A stretch of 64,000 bases of DNA from Octopus sinensis (GCF_006345805.1 NC_043015.1:49476001-49540000), one strand, 5' to 3'. Numbered from the stretch's first letter, positions 41,133-55,359 are shown. Notes: generated by a model from the letters alone, not told the origin. Program-made: numbers and translations.

Positions 41133-41389
41133 CCTACTGCCCCTCCCGCTTCTGTATACAATTCCAAGCAATATTTAATTAGAAAAATAGAGTAGAATTT
41201 TCTGTATACATACATACATCGAATGTCTATGGAGGTCCAGCAGAATACGACGGGAATCAACGGCGTTCATATTGAGGTGAGGGGAGATGGGTGAGAACCT
41301 CTGGTGTGCATGCACCTACAACACACGCCTAACGTTTACTTTCTTCCTCTCAAGAGACAACAACGGAAGCGTTTATAGCCTTTACTCTC

Positions 41390-41578
41390 TCTATTTTACT
41401 CTCTGTCTCTGTCTCTCTCTCTCTCTCTCTCTGTCTTTCTGTCTATCTGTCTATCTGTCCACTGTGTGTGTGTTTGTCTCTGTCTCTCTGTCTCTCTCTC
41501 TCTCTCTTTCCTGTCTGTCTTCCCATGTCTTCTTCCAACGACAGACGCTACGATATTCACTGCTTCAAAATCTCTCTC

Positions 41579-41614
<36 letters not shown>

Positions 41615-41790
41615 TTCTCCCATTCTCTCCCTTTCTCCCCCTCTCTCTCTGTCTTTCTCCCTCTCTCTCTCTTTCTCCCATCTCTCTCTGTCTTTCTCCC
41701 TCTCTCTCTCTTTCTCCCCCTCTCTCTCTTTCTCCCTCTCTCTATCTCTCGGTCTCTACCTTTCTCTCTCGCATTCTCTCGGCCCACCTG
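41390..41790. repeat. Polypyrimidine (CT)n-derived tract with ~20-bp subrepeats
   Basis: TCTTTCTCCCTCTCTCTC-type units. Confidence 0.85.
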
Positions 41791-41866
41791 CTTTCTAACA
41801 GACGCCACACGTCTCATTCTCTTTTTAAATACACAGACTTTACACCATCTTTCTACACATACATAC

Positions 41867-42590
41867 TCGTGTGGTAAGTAGTTTGCTAACCAGCCACATG
41901 GTTCCGGGTTCAGTCCCATTGCGTGGCATCTTGGGCAAGTGTCTTCTGCTATAGCCCCGGGCCGACCAATGCCTTGTGAGTGGATTTGGTAGACAGAAAC
42001 TGAAAGAAGCCTGTCGTATATATGTATATATATATAAGTGTGTGTGTATATGTTTGTGTGTCTGTGTTTGTCCCCCTAGAATTGCTTGACAACCGATGCT
42101 GGTGTGTTTACGTCCCAGTCACTTAGCGGTTCGGCAAAAGATACCGATAGAATAAGTACGGGACTTACAAAGACTAAGTCCCGGGGTCGATTTGCTCGAC
42201 TAAAGGTGGTGCTCCAGCATGGCCGCAGTCAAATGACTGAAACAAGTAAAAGAGTAAAAGAGTAAAAAGAGTTATACATACACAGACGATTAGAGGTATG
42301 TATATAAGTGTGTACGTACGTACGTATGTACGTATGTATGTATATATGTATGTATGTATGTATCTGAGTGGCTGTGTGGTAAGTAGCTTGCTTACCAACC
42401 ACATGATTCCGGGTTCATTCCCACTGCGTGTCACCATGGGCAAGTGTCTTCTACTACAGCCTCGGACCAACCAAAGCCTTGTGAGTGGATTTGGTAGACG
42501 GAAACTGAAAGAAGCACGTCGTATATATGTGTATATATGCATGTATGTATGTATGTGTGTGTGTATGTTTGTGTGTCTGTGTTTGTCCCG
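41867..42590 (+). mobile_element. Two SINE A copies (41867-42270 full, 42365-42590 partial)
   Basis: Consensus match. Confidence 0.85.
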
Positions 42591-42901
42591 GTGGGAATTG
42601 AACTCAAAACGTAATAACAGGCAAAATGCCGCTAAGCATTTTGTCCGGTGTGCTAAAGATTCTGCCAGCTTGACACCTTCATATTGATTTCAAATTTTGG
42701 CACTAGGCCAGCAAGGTTGGGGGAGGGAATAAGTCGGTTACATCGGCCCCAGTGCTCAACCGCTACTTATTGATCTCGGCTGAATTTGAACTCAGAACGT
42801 CGTCAAAACAGACGAAATACCGCTAAGCATTTCGCCTTTATTAGACTAATTTCCTTCATCATTGCACGGTGATCGCCACAAGCTTTACGCTTATATAAAA
42901 A

Positions 42902-42959
<58 letters not shown>

Positions 42960-43045
42960 GTGGTGCTATTAAGTTTACCAGGTGGTGCTATTAAGTTAGA
43001 CATGGTCTGGGCCAATAATGGCCGAAACCTATCAAAGTATCAAAG

Positions 43046-43148
<103 letters not shown>

Positions 43149-43185
43149 ATATATATATATATGTATATATATAATCCGTCTCAGT

Positions 43186-43550
43186 GAATACACAAAGGTT
43201 GTCGCTAATGAGGTCCAACAAGATCAAAACATGCTCTGAGTTGTCTCAGCAATTGAAGCTATCGAATGTAATTACAAATTATCCCTTATTTTAATGTCTT
43301 TCCTTTCCCTCATCTCACTAAATGCGTAAATGTAATTGTAATTTTAATCTTCTAATTAACTGTAAACACACAAAATGACTTGGTGTTGCTAATGAGGTTC
43401 AACAAGATCAAAACATGTTCAGAGTTGTCTCAGCCTTTGAAGCGATCGAATGTAATCAAAAATTTCTGCCCTCGTTTTAACGTCTTCCCTTTCTCTCGCT
43501 TCACTAAATGCATAAATGTAATTTTAATGTTTTAATTAATCGTACTGTAT
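43186..43550. repeat. Old tandem dimer, ~185-bp unit
   Basis: GCTAATGAGGT(C/T)CAACAAGATCAAAACATG recurs at ~43208 and ~43388. Confidence 0.85.
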
Positions 43551-43835
43551 ATTGAAGCTGTCGGCCCTGCCTAGAGTAATTGCTATGACTAACTACGGCA
43601 ACGCTTTCCTGTCTCAAATACAAGAGGAAGTTTTCAGTAATTACAACACAAATTAATCACTGCATTCCCTTTGTTACCGCTAAATATATTATTCATGTAA
43701 CACGAGTATGTAACGTCTTCGCAGCAGGTGAATTTTTTGGAGAACATCTCTAATTGACGTACACACAAAAGGTCAGAGACGTCGATGCGAATATGCATAT
43801 TATGTTACATGCGTGGATGTAGCTGTCTCTCTCTC

Positions 43836-43867
<32 letters not shown>

Positions 43868-44075
43868 GCACGCACATATATGATGGATTTGTCGGCGTAA
43901 ATGTGTCTAGGAATATGTATATGTGCGTGTATATATATATATATATATATATACACTTTCGCCATGACATATCATTTTTACTGTCACACTGCCTTCTGCG
44001 CATGCGTTCTTATAGTTGGTACTATTATGGTTACGTAATCGAAGTTATATATTAGATAGTTAGATAGATAGATAG

Positions 44076-44111
<36 letters not shown>

Positions 44112-44497
44112 GTATGTATGTATATACTTATATTTAAGTATGTATATACTTATATATAATCCTTTATTTTCTTTTATTCTTTTATACGTTTCTGTCATGT
44201 GACTGCGGTCATGCTGGAGCACCGCCTTAAAGGGTTTTTTAGTCGAGGAAATCGACCCCACGACTTATTCTTTGTATGCCTAGTATCTATCGATCACTTT
44301 TGCCGAACCGCTAAGTTTCAGGGACATAAACATACCAATGGGGGGACAAACACATAAACATACCATGGGGTGACCAACACAAATAGAAAGACACACGCTT
44401 GTAAATATATATATACCCCCCCCCCATATATATATATACACGACGAGCTTCTTTCAGTTTCCCTGTGATTTGGTCGACCCGAGGCTATAGTAGAAGA

Positions 44498-45458
44498 CCC
44501 GCACTTTGGCCATAACACATTTTTTTTTTATTATGGTCACGTGATTGAAGTTTGATCCTGATCGCGCCATTTTTCGTTCTGGTTTTGCAGTCCAAGCATG
44601 ACCGCTCCTCCAGCAGTGTGCACCGAAGGAGAACAAAATGCAGGGATCCGATTTCTGTGGTCGGAAAGTGTGCCAGGTGCTGAAATCGATCGGAGGGTTT
44701 CAGCACAATACACAGACAGTGCACTACTCTCTTTTACTCTTTTACTCTTTTACTCTTTTACTTGTTTCAGTCATTTGACTGCGGCCATGCTGCAGCACCG
44801 CCTTTAATCGAGCAACTCGACCCCGGGACTTATTCTTTTGTAAGCCCAGTACTTATTCTATCGGTCTCTTTTGCCGAACCGTTAAGTAACGGGGACATAA
44901 ACACACCAGCATCGGTTGTCAAGCAATGCTAGGGGGACAAACACAGACACACAAACACACACACGCATATATATATACATATATACGACGGGCTTCTTTC
45001 AGTTTCCGTCTACCAAATCCACTCACAAGGCTTTGGTCGGCCCGAGGCTATAGTAGAAGACACTTGCCCAAGGTGCCACGCAGTGGGACTGAACCCGGAA
45101 CCATGTAAAAGTGTGTATGAATCGATTGAGATGTTTATAAGTGGCCGGAAAAGCGTGAGGCACGAAGAGGGAGCAGGACGCCCATCAACCGCCACCATTG
45201 ACAAGAAGATTCGGTAAGCTCGATAAAATGGTAATGGTGAACAGGTCCGCCATTACCCTCTCTCGGATCACTGCTCTTCGTTCTACTTTGGTACCATTGC
45301 TAGTAGAGCCGCCAGAAAGAGAAGTGGCGCGATCAAGCTGAAACTTCGATCGCGTAACCACAGTAGTAAGAAATATAAGCACGCATGCGCAAAAGGTAGT
45401 GTGACAATAACAAAGATATGTTATAGCGAAAGTGTGGATAATTTCTTACTTCCCCTCG

Positions 45459-45460
<2 letters not shown>
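44498..45460 (+). mobile_element. Mariner-like transposon remnant interrupted by SINE A (44727-45106)
   Basis: MTAPPAVCTEGEQNAGIRFLWSESVPGAEIDRRVSAQYTDSAL (44598-44726) continues as KSVYESIEMFISGRKSVRHEEGAGRPST (from 45107), a mariner HTH region; TIR-like CCCCTCG-TA at 45452-45460. Confidence 0.8.
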
Positions 45461-45494
<34 letters not shown>

Positions 45495-45599
45495 ATATGT
45501 GTGGTGTGTGTGTGTGAGTGTGTGTGAGTATATATATGCATGTATGTATATATGTATATATATATATAATATTATATATATATATATATATATAAATAT

Positions 45600-45955
45600 A
45601 CATGGCTCCGGGTTCACTCCCACTGCGTGGCACCTTGGGCAACTGTCTTCTACTATTGCCTCGGGCCGACCAAAGCCTTGTGAGTGGATTTGGTAGATGG
45701 AACCTGAAAGAAGCTCATCGTATGTATGTATATATATACATATATATGTATGTGTGTGTATATGTTTGTGTGTCTGTCTGTCCTCCCAACATCGCTTGAC
45801 AACCGACGCTGGTGTGATTACGTCCCCGTAACTTAGCGGTTCGGCAAAAGAGACCGATAGAATATGAACTAGGCTTACAAAGAATAAGTCGTGGAGTCGA
45901 GTTGCTCGACTAAAGGCGGTGCTCCAGCAGGGCCACAGTCAAAGAGTAAAAGAGG
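45600..45955 (+). mobile_element. SINE family A, 5'-truncated
   Basis: Starts at ACATGGCTCC. Confidence 0.85.
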
Positions 45956-47224
45956 TTAAATAAATAAAATAAACTTATCATTCGCCATTTTCTTTTCGCC
46001 TTTGCATCGTAACTTTACTATCACTTGCGGTGAGTAACGTAAACGTCTTAGGATGATGGGTGGTGAAACTACTAAATTGTTACACGAAATTTATGCAGTA
46101 GGTTTATAAATACTGCTCACGATTGGATGGATGGTGGTACAGAGAGAAGGATGTTAGATGTTTAGAGTTTGTGAGTGTTGGTCATATGTACAACCATGGC
46201 AAGGCAGTGAGTGAACAGAATCGTTAGCACGCCGGGCTGAGTTCAAATTCAGCCGATTAACTTTGATTCTCATCCTTTCGGGGACAATAAAATGAATACC
46301 AGTTAGATACTGAGGTTGATGTAATCGACTTAGCCTATCTCCTGAAATTGCTGGCCTTGTGCCAAAATTTGAATCTTATATGTATATTAATGATGATGTC
46401 TTTGTGACATGGAAATTAAAGATGACATCAAAATGGCAGCAAAGTGATATTAAAGTGATATGAAAGTGTTATTAAAATGCCGTAAATTCAAATGGTGTAG
46501 GAATTTATGCAAAGATAGACAATGTTAGAGCAAAAATTATTATCAGAAGTTTCAGTCAATCGATTAACTGTAAGAAAGCAACTACAACAACAGCAGCAGC
46601 AGCAGCAGTAGCAGTAGCAGTAGCAGCAACAACAACAGCAGCAGTAACAACAATTATATACAGAAACTAGTTATTTTTGAGCGTGAATTTAAGTATACAA
46701 ACATTTACAAAATATATCGCTCATAGCAAAAGTAGTTAGAATCAGATTCTCTCGAATCAAATTGAAAACGTCGCCATTTTAAACTTTAAATGTCTATGTT
46801 CTGAGAGAATAAAAACAAAGATTTATGCGACAGAATGACTAATGGCGATGTTGTTTTAGAAAACACTGTACTAAGTCAAATTGTCTTTGCCAGGAATATT
46901 GTAATGTAAATTTTAAAATATTGTGTTCCGTTAATTTTAAAACTACGATATGAATTGTTTTTCCTTCCTTTTTTTTTAATGGGAATTTTTTATGTTTTGA
47001 CGCTAAATCTTGAAATTCAACAATTTTGAGAATTGGAGAAATATCTAACATTTCAATATTCAAATTTTTAGATTGTCGTTGCTGTTGTTTATCTCTGAAT
47101 AGAATCTGATCGAGAACACTTATTTTCAAAAGCATTCAAACGACGATCGTAGTCTATTTCCTTCAGGTGTAGTGTACCATATAATATTTGGACTATAGTA
47201 TTCAATATGTATTTTATTACGACC

Positions 47225-47610
47225 GTGGAGGCGCAATGGCCAAGTGGTTAGGGCAGCGGACTCGCGGTCGGAGGATCGCGGTTTCGATTCCCAGACCAGG
47301 CATTGTGAGTGTTTACTGAGCGAAAACACCTAAAGCTCCACGAGGCTCCGGCAGGGGGTGGTGGTGAACCCTGCTGTACTCTTTCACCACAACTTTCTCT
47401 CTCTCTTTCTTCCTGTTTCTCTTGTACCTGTATTTCAAAGGGCCAGCCTTGTCACACTCTGTGTCACGCTGAATCTCCTCGAGAACTACGTTTAGGGTAC
47501 ACGTGTCTGTGGAGTGCTCAGCCACTTGCACGTTAATATCACGAGCAAGCTATTCCGTTGATCGTATAAGCTGGGACCCTCATCGTCGCAACCGACGGAG
47601 TGCTCCTAAA
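47225..47610 (+). mobile_element. SINE C head with family D tail (tail type 3)
   Basis: TSD TATTACGACC at 47215-47224 and 47611-47620; tail matches 62446-62630. Confidence 0.85.
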
Positions 47611-47660
47611 TATTACGACCACGGTATTTCGTTTGATAGAAGTTTTTGCTGCTGTTTTAT

Positions 47661-48395
47661 GGCGGCGAGCTGGCAGAAACGTTAGCAGGCCGGGCGAAAT
47701 ACGTAGCCGTATTTCGTCTGCTGCTACGTTCTGAGTTCAAATTCCGCCGAGGTCAACTTTGCCTTTCATCCTTTCGGGGTCGATTAAATAAGTACCAGTT
47801 ACGCACTGGGGTCAATGTAATAGACTTAATCCGTTTGTCTGTCCATGTTTGTCCTCTCTGTGTTTAGCCCCTTGTAGCAATAAAGAAATAGGTATTTCTT
47901 CCGTCTTTACGTTCTGAGTTCAAATTCTGCCGGGGGTTGATTAAATAAGTACCAGTTACGTACTGGGGTCGATATAATCGACTTTATACGTTTGTCTGTC
48001 CTTGTTTGTCCTCTCTGTGTTTAGCCCCTTGTGGGTAGTAAAGAAATAGGTATTTCTTCCGTCTTTACGATCTGAGTTCAAATTCCGCCGAGGCCGACTT
48101 TGCTTTTCATCCTTTCGGGGTCGATTAAATATTTACCAGTTACGCACTGGGGTCGATATAATCAACTTAATCCGTTTGTCTGTCCTTATTTGCCCTCTCT
48201 ATGTATAGCCCTTTGTGGGTAGTAAAGAAATAGGTATTTCTTCCGTCTTTACGTTCTGAGCTCAAATTCCGCCGAGGTCGACTTTGCCTTTCATCCTTTC
48301 GAGGACGATTAAATAAGTATTAGTTACGCACTTAATCCGTTTGTCTGTCCTTGTTTGTCCCCTATGTGTGTAGCCCTTTGTAGGCAGTAAAGAAT
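47661..48395 (+). mobile_element. SINE family B tetramer
   Basis: GGTATTTC restarts near 47891, 48050 and 48233. Confidence 0.85.
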
Positions 48396-50469
48396 TAAGA
48401 AGTTTTCGCTGCTGTTTCTACCAGGTCAATACTCCCTCATTGCCTCCTCCTATAGATTTTGAGTGTAGCATATTTTCAATGTTTCCTTTGTTGTTGGGAC
48501 CGGATATACAACACATTCAGGAGTAGTTTCACGAAAGCTTAGAGACTCACTGTTATCTCATCAATTGGAATACTAATGAAGATGCTAAAGGAATTGCTTG
48601 TTTCTGCGGGATCTTTCACTACCAGTTTTGTTTGCTTTCTTTTAAGAGAAACGGTCTGTGAAGTCGGTGAAGTGTCTTAATGCCAATCTCACCAGCATCT
48701 TAATGCTTGTGTGATAAGCTTCAAGCTCTCCATTATTCAATGGAAAAGATATTTCTTCCAGTTTAGAAATATCGCTTTCATTGAATAAGAACGAAAAATC
48801 TATAGAAAGTTTGTTCCTGCGGCAACATTTAAACTGTTTCTACTACTTCCTTAACAGATCTTAAAATAACCCAACCGAACAATAGAAAGTACTTATAGAA
48901 AGGCAAAAAGATAATATTATAATAAAAACGTTCATTGTTCTATGAAATATGCTACTTCTAGCCTAATATGGCGCTTTTCCGATCTAGGGGAAGGAGATAA
49001 CTGAAAGTTATACAGATCACCATGGCAATGGCAGGATAGGAAACGCTGAGTGGAGATATCGTGGTTGACAAACGAGCGACTTAACGACTTAGTTGTATCA
49101 TAAATACTTGATAAATGTTAGAATTCGTGCTTCAAATAATATCAGAGGAAAAGGAATTATGTTAATAGAGCTAATCTAAATGTTTGTATCATACATCTGT
49201 AGTAGAACCGTTGTCGTCTGATAACCTCAGTCAAATTTTTGCCACGTGATAACATCCCTTGTCTGGCTGTTATCCTCTGATAACAGCTGTGGACTAATCG
49301 TTAACATAGAACATGATTGGTTGTCTAACTGTTGTCGTGTGATATTAATGGTGGTCTAATGGCTGACATGAAAAACAATAGTAGTCTAAATGTTATCTTG
49401 TCGAGATAGGGGTAGTCTAAATAAAATAAAATACATATGAAAATCTCCTTATTCATTGTAGATTATTATATATTTCTTTATTGCCCACAGGGGGCTAAAC
49501 ATAGAGGGGACAAACAAGGACAGACAAGGGGGATTAAGTCGATTATATCGACCCCAGTGATTGACTGGTACTTATTTAATCGACCCGGAAAGAATGAAAA
49601 GCAAAGTCGACTTCGGCGGAACTTGAACTCAGAACGTAGCGGCAGACGAAATACCCACCGCCGAAGCCTCGTGTAGCTTAAGTGTAGCTTAAGCAATAAG
49701 CTCGTGTAGCTTAAGCAATAAACACTCACAATGCCCGGATTGAGAATCGAAACCGCGTTCTTACGACCGCGAATCCGCTGTCGTAACCACTGAGCCATTG
49801 CGCCTCCATATCTTTTGGAATTGCTGTTCTTGCAACTTAAGCAAACCTGCCAACAAATTTTCCTTACTTTTACAATTTTCTGTAAAATTCGTGCACCAAC
49901 TTCTTGAGCTTATTAACTCCCCTTCGAGTTTCTATTAACTCCACGTGAACTGGTTTACCCTCATCGAGTTTATTACTTTCTCATGGGTTGTTTAAATCCT
50001 CATCAAATTTATTAATTCCTCGCAAGTTGTTTAAATCCTCGTCACCACTGTTATATCCTCAACATGTCAGGTTTCTTATAACGCCCACTTCGGTATACAA
50101 TACACTTAGTAAACCCAGTAAAGACACGACTATCTCTGATCGCCAACTACGTACTCTGGTACATCTCTTTACTTATAGTGACTAGGTTATTCCATTCGTC
50201 ACGTGAGAGGGGTGTACCATTATTACTAATTCACTAAAAGCCGTTTTATATACATATCATTTTCATTTTTTTTCATTTTTCATTTTCATCTAGTTTCAGT
50301 TCACGAGCTGTGGCCATGCTGGGGCACCGCCATTCGGTGTTGCTACATGATTTTACTTCACGAATGCTTATATATGTAATATAAATAATATATAAATATA
50401 TATGCATACATACACATATATATATGTACATACATATATTTGTATATACATGACTATATGGGCACAAGA

Positions 50470-50660
50470 CACCAAGGAAAGTAAACAACATAGAATATAC
50501 ACAAAACACGAAAACAACAAAAAATGAACATCTTGCGGACAACGAAAGAAACAAACGGAAAACAAGAAAAGCAGCACGAAAAGACGACCCTTCATCAGTT
50601 GTTGCCTGTTTTTCTACTCCGTATTTCGAGCATTTCACAATAACATGCGTTTTCGACATA
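50470..50660 (-). mobile_element. Penelope-like pLTR remnant with degenerate hammerhead-like motif (50611-50658)
   Basis: Minus: TGTCGA-AAAC-GCAT..ATGC-TC-GAAAT-ACGGA-GTA-GAAA, followed by CTGATGAAGGG. Confidence 0.4.
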
Positions 50661-50808
50661 TATATATCGGTCCCCGGGTTCAACTGGTACTTATTTTATC
50701 GACCCCGGAAGGTTCAAAGTCAAAGTCAACCTCGGTGGCGTTTGAATTCAGAACGTGAAGACGGACGAATTGTTGCAAAGCATTTTGTCCGGTGCATACA
50801 TATATACA

Positions 50809-50888
<80 letters not shown>

Positions 50889-51000
50889 TATATGTACATA
50901 CTATATATATTTAATATATATAAATATATATATATATATAATATATATACATATATATATATACATATATATACACATATATATGTACATACATATATAA

Positions 51001-51036
<36 letters not shown>

Positions 51037-51639
51037 TACATACACACGTGTATATATATATATATATGTATATGCACGCACATATATCTATATATATATA
51101 TTTCTGTGTGTGTGTATGTGAGTGTGTGGGTGTGTACATAAATGAAGTGTTTTGTTCGACACACATTCACACGCATGAATGTATGCATCTATGTGTAATC
51201 GATTTGGCAAGCAGGCACATATCTTCATTGTTGTACATGAAGATCATTTTTTCCATTTTGTTTCCGTCACATTTACCAATATTGGAGTCTAGTTTTAATT
51301 TTTAATTACCCCTCAAGCACTTATAAGTGGACGAGTTCAAAACACGTGCTGTGTTGGAGTCCTGTGTCTCTCCAATAAATAAATATATGTATATATGAAT
51401 TTGTATGTAAGTGCACATACATATGTGATCTTTCATATACTCGTGTGTGTGTGTGTGTATGTATGTGTGTGTGTCTGTGTGTGTAGTCTACTAGTTTTTT
51501 TTATTTCAAAAATTCTTGCCGCGAATGTGTAATATGCATGTATGTATACGTATATGTATATGTATATATATATATATGCATAACATATATACACACACAT
51601 ACATACATATAAACATACACATATTTATATATTCCCGCA

Positions 51640-51681
<42 letters not shown>

Positions 51682-52478
51682 CACATAGATACACATATAT
51701 ACATATATACATACATACATTCATATATATACAAACATACATATATATATCTATGCATGCGTATATTCATATATACGTATGTGTGTTAATGTACGTATGC
51801 ATATGTACGTATGCACACACACACACATATATATACACATATACATACATATATATTTAAGGATACACACACACACACACACACACACATATATTTATAG
51901 TTACGGGGAGTGAGTGAGTAGATTGTCAGATTGTATGTTATATGCATATCTGTGTGAAAGAGCGAGAATTGTGCGACCGGCTGCTATTCTGGTAAAGCCG
52001 CGTAAATGTCAGAAACATCAAACTATGTCATGGACTGCGACGTTATGTAGTACAAGTGCATTCATCGCCCAGCCTCCACATCTCCGCCGCCCTTTCCATC
52101 TCTTCCAACTGGGTTAAATCGTTCTAGTTTTAAACCCCCCCCCACACACACACACACCCTCACGCCCAGCCCCCGCCATTTTCTAACCAGAATGACTTTT
52201 CAATGAGTCGTTTGTTTCCTCTGGCTGAGAAAAAAAATTATCTTCGCTTGTCGCCACAGAATAGATTTTTGTACTCTTCGAGTTGCACTGTTCTTTATCT
52301 CCGTGTGGCGGTCGCTCGGGCGTGTGCGTGAGTATGTGTGTGTGTGTTGTGTGTGTGTGTGTGTGTGTGTGTGTGTCTGTTGTTATATGTGTGTGCGTGT
52401 CTGTGTTTGTGTGTTTGTATCTCTGTGCGTATTTATTTGTTGTTGTCTGCTTGTTCTTACGTTTGTATATGTGAATAT

Positions 52479-52516
<38 letters not shown>

Positions 52517-52636
52517 ATATACACACACGTGCGCACACACATACGCCCACACTTCTGGTAGTACCAAATGCACCCTGACTACAGATATCTTAGTGTGTGT
52601 GCTTGTCCGTGAATGTGTGTGTGTGTGTTGCACGTG

Positions 52637-52667
<31 letters not shown>

Positions 52668-52673
52668 GTATAA

Positions 52674-52719
<46 letters not shown>

Positions 52720-52790
52720 GTGTATATTTTTTGAGTAATGAGATAAAAAAAACCAAGGCTGTGTAGATATTAGAACATTTATAGATAGAA

Positions 52791-52845
52791 GGTCTTACAG
52801 CTGTTTCAAGGATATTTATTAATTATATCCCTTCATCGGAGAAGA
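52791..52845 (-). ncRNA. Minimal type I hammerhead-like ribozyme (Penelope-type)
   Basis: TCT-CCGATGA-AGGGATA/TATCCTT-GAAACAGCTGTA-AGA: 7-bp stem II, palindromic stem III, GUA triplet; only U4>C deviates. Confidence 0.65.
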
Positions 52846-53111
52846 TGGTTAAGTAATAGTTAATTTAGATAGGATACAAAATAAAGACTTGGTTTTTTAT
52901 CTCATTACGCAAAAAATTCTGATATACACACGCTGACACATGACCAATGTTGAACCCCTTATTCGTAAAATCACCGAACCTGGAACTTAACTATAGTCCT
53001 GTCTATATCACTTATTCAGCATTACCTGACACCTTTGGGTCTCAATTACACCATTACCTCTTATAACCTCTATATATAAGTAAAAGAGTTATATAATATA
53101 TATATATATAT

Positions 53112-53161
<50 letters not shown>

Positions 53162-53919
53162 TTTGATTTTAACGTTCAAAACTTTCAGTACTCCATTTGT
53201 CTTTCCGCATGAGACATCGACTTTTGTTTCAAGACTGTTTGTTTTGTCTTATTTCGCGCTTTAAATGAATGGTTCTTTTTTATTTTTTTTGTTTACTTAT
53301 ATTTAGGCTGAAGTATATTGTTTTGAATATTCTTTTAAGCTTGTCCCCGTCCCTGGCGCTATATATATATAGTATGTATATTTTTCTGTGTATTTGATTT
53401 TCTCATTTTTACTCGACACAAATCTGTGACAACTGTATCTTTGACTGTTGATGCGCCAAGAGTTATGCAGTCTTGTTGTAACGCAACGAAACCGCGGGAA
53501 TTCCATAGCATATAGAGCTGATGAAAAGAAATCATATGCATTACATCCAGACAACAAGGGTGATTCTGTTCATTGACTTGACCTAGTTAAAAACCGCAGT
53601 CAAGGGCTCTCTTTGAAACCAAGGTTCGAATTTTAAAAAGAAGACACTTTCAAAAACGTCATCCTAAATATACTATACCTATATAAAAGACGAAATGGTT
53701 AAGACTGCAAAAGCTCTAATCAAGGATATACTAGATGAGGACTGATCTTGGGCTAAACACTCAATTAACCGAACATAGATTATATTACTCTGATTAGTCT
53801 ATTAGCCTCATTCCAACTTTCCATTCAGCTAAATCTTCCTGTTATATAATTTTGTTTTTGTTTTTGTTTGTAACGTAGGTAGAAGGTCAAGACTTTTGAG
53901 GAGAATGGCAAATCGATTT

Positions 53920-54472
53920 CATTACTCTTTTACTCTCTTACTCTTTTACTTGTTTCAGTCATTTGACTGCGGCCATGCTGGAGCACCGCCTTTAGTCGAG
54001 CAACTCGACCCCGGGACTTATTCTTTTTGTAAGTCCAGTACTTATTCTATCGGTCATTCTCTTTTACTCTTTTACTCTTTTACTTGTTTCAGTCATTTGA
54101 CTGCGGCCATGCTGGAGCACCGCCTTTAGTCGAGCAAATCGACCCCGGGACTTATTCTTTTTGTAAGCCCAGTACTTATTCTATCGGTCTCTTTTGCCGA
54201 ACCGCTAAGTGACAGGGACATAAACACACCAGCATCGGTTGTCAAGCAATGCTAGGGGGACAAACACAGACACACAAAACACCCCCGCATATATATATAT
54301 TACATATATACGACGGGCTTCTTTCAGTTTCCGTCTACAAATCCACTCACAAGCTTTGGTCGGCCCGAGGCTATAGTAGAAGACACTTGCCCAAGGTGCC
54401 ACGCAGTGGGATTGAACCCGGAACCATGTGGTTGGTAATCAAGCTACTTACCACACAGCCACTCCTGCGCCT
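53920..54472 (-). mobile_element. SINE A full copy (54060-54472) plus duplicated 3' part (53920-54058)
   Basis: Tail motif occurs twice. Confidence 0.85.
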
Positions 54473-54881
54473 ATTGTTCATAATATTTGATTGGTTCTTT
54501 ATCTTATCGACCTAGAAAGGATAGACCTGGGCAGGATTCGAACTCAGAACGTAAATAGCCGGAGGAAATGTCGTTAAGCATTTTTGTTCGGCGTGTGAAC
54601 GAGTTTGACGGCCAGATGGCCGCTGCCCGTCTGTCATTTACAATGGACTCTATCACTCCACCTGGAAAAATCACAAAAACCTACACAAATACCTTTAGTC
54701 ACGCCTTTGTATGTGTTGTATTGTGTGTACGTGGAAAAGAGACAAGCGTGTGACTGCGTCAACGTGTGATGTGTGTGTGTGTGTGTTGTTACTGTGTGTA
54801 TACATATATACATATACATATATGTATGTATGTGTGAATGTATGTATGTATGTATGTATGTATGTATATATGTATGTTAAT

Positions 54882-54981
54882 NNNNNNNNNNNNNNNNNNN
54901 NNNNNNNNNNNNNNNNNNNNNNNNNNNNNNNNNNNNNNNNNNNNNNNNNNNNNNNNNNNNNNNNNNNNNNNNNNNNNNNNN
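54882..54981. other. Assembly gap, 100 N
   Basis: Run of exactly 100 n; contiguity across it is not assured. Confidence 0.99.
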
Positions 54982-55193
54982 ATTTTCGTGACAAGGAATA
55001 AATGAATTTGTGGACATGTATGTGTGTGTGGGTGTGTGAGTGTGAGTGTGTGTGTGCACGCGTGTAAGTATATATATGTGTATGTGTGTGTGTGTGTGCG
55101 TGTGTGTGTGCGTATATACAAATGACATGAATGTGGATATGTACAGCATACAGACACACACAGACACACACAAAGACACACATACACACATAT

Positions 55194-55224
<31 letters not shown>

Positions 55225-55359
55225 CATATACATATGTATGTAGCGACATTGTCGAAGGAAGCATCAATGAAAACAGATATATTTTCAATATGTTGCAATA
55301 ATACGAAAAGGAAAATCGATAAGAAACGACTGGAAGCCTTCGTGATTTCCACTTGGTGG

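Noticed and set aside
47225-47300. tRNA-like cloverleaf heads
   Set aside because: All continue into SINE bodies with TSDs; no standalone tRNA gene supported
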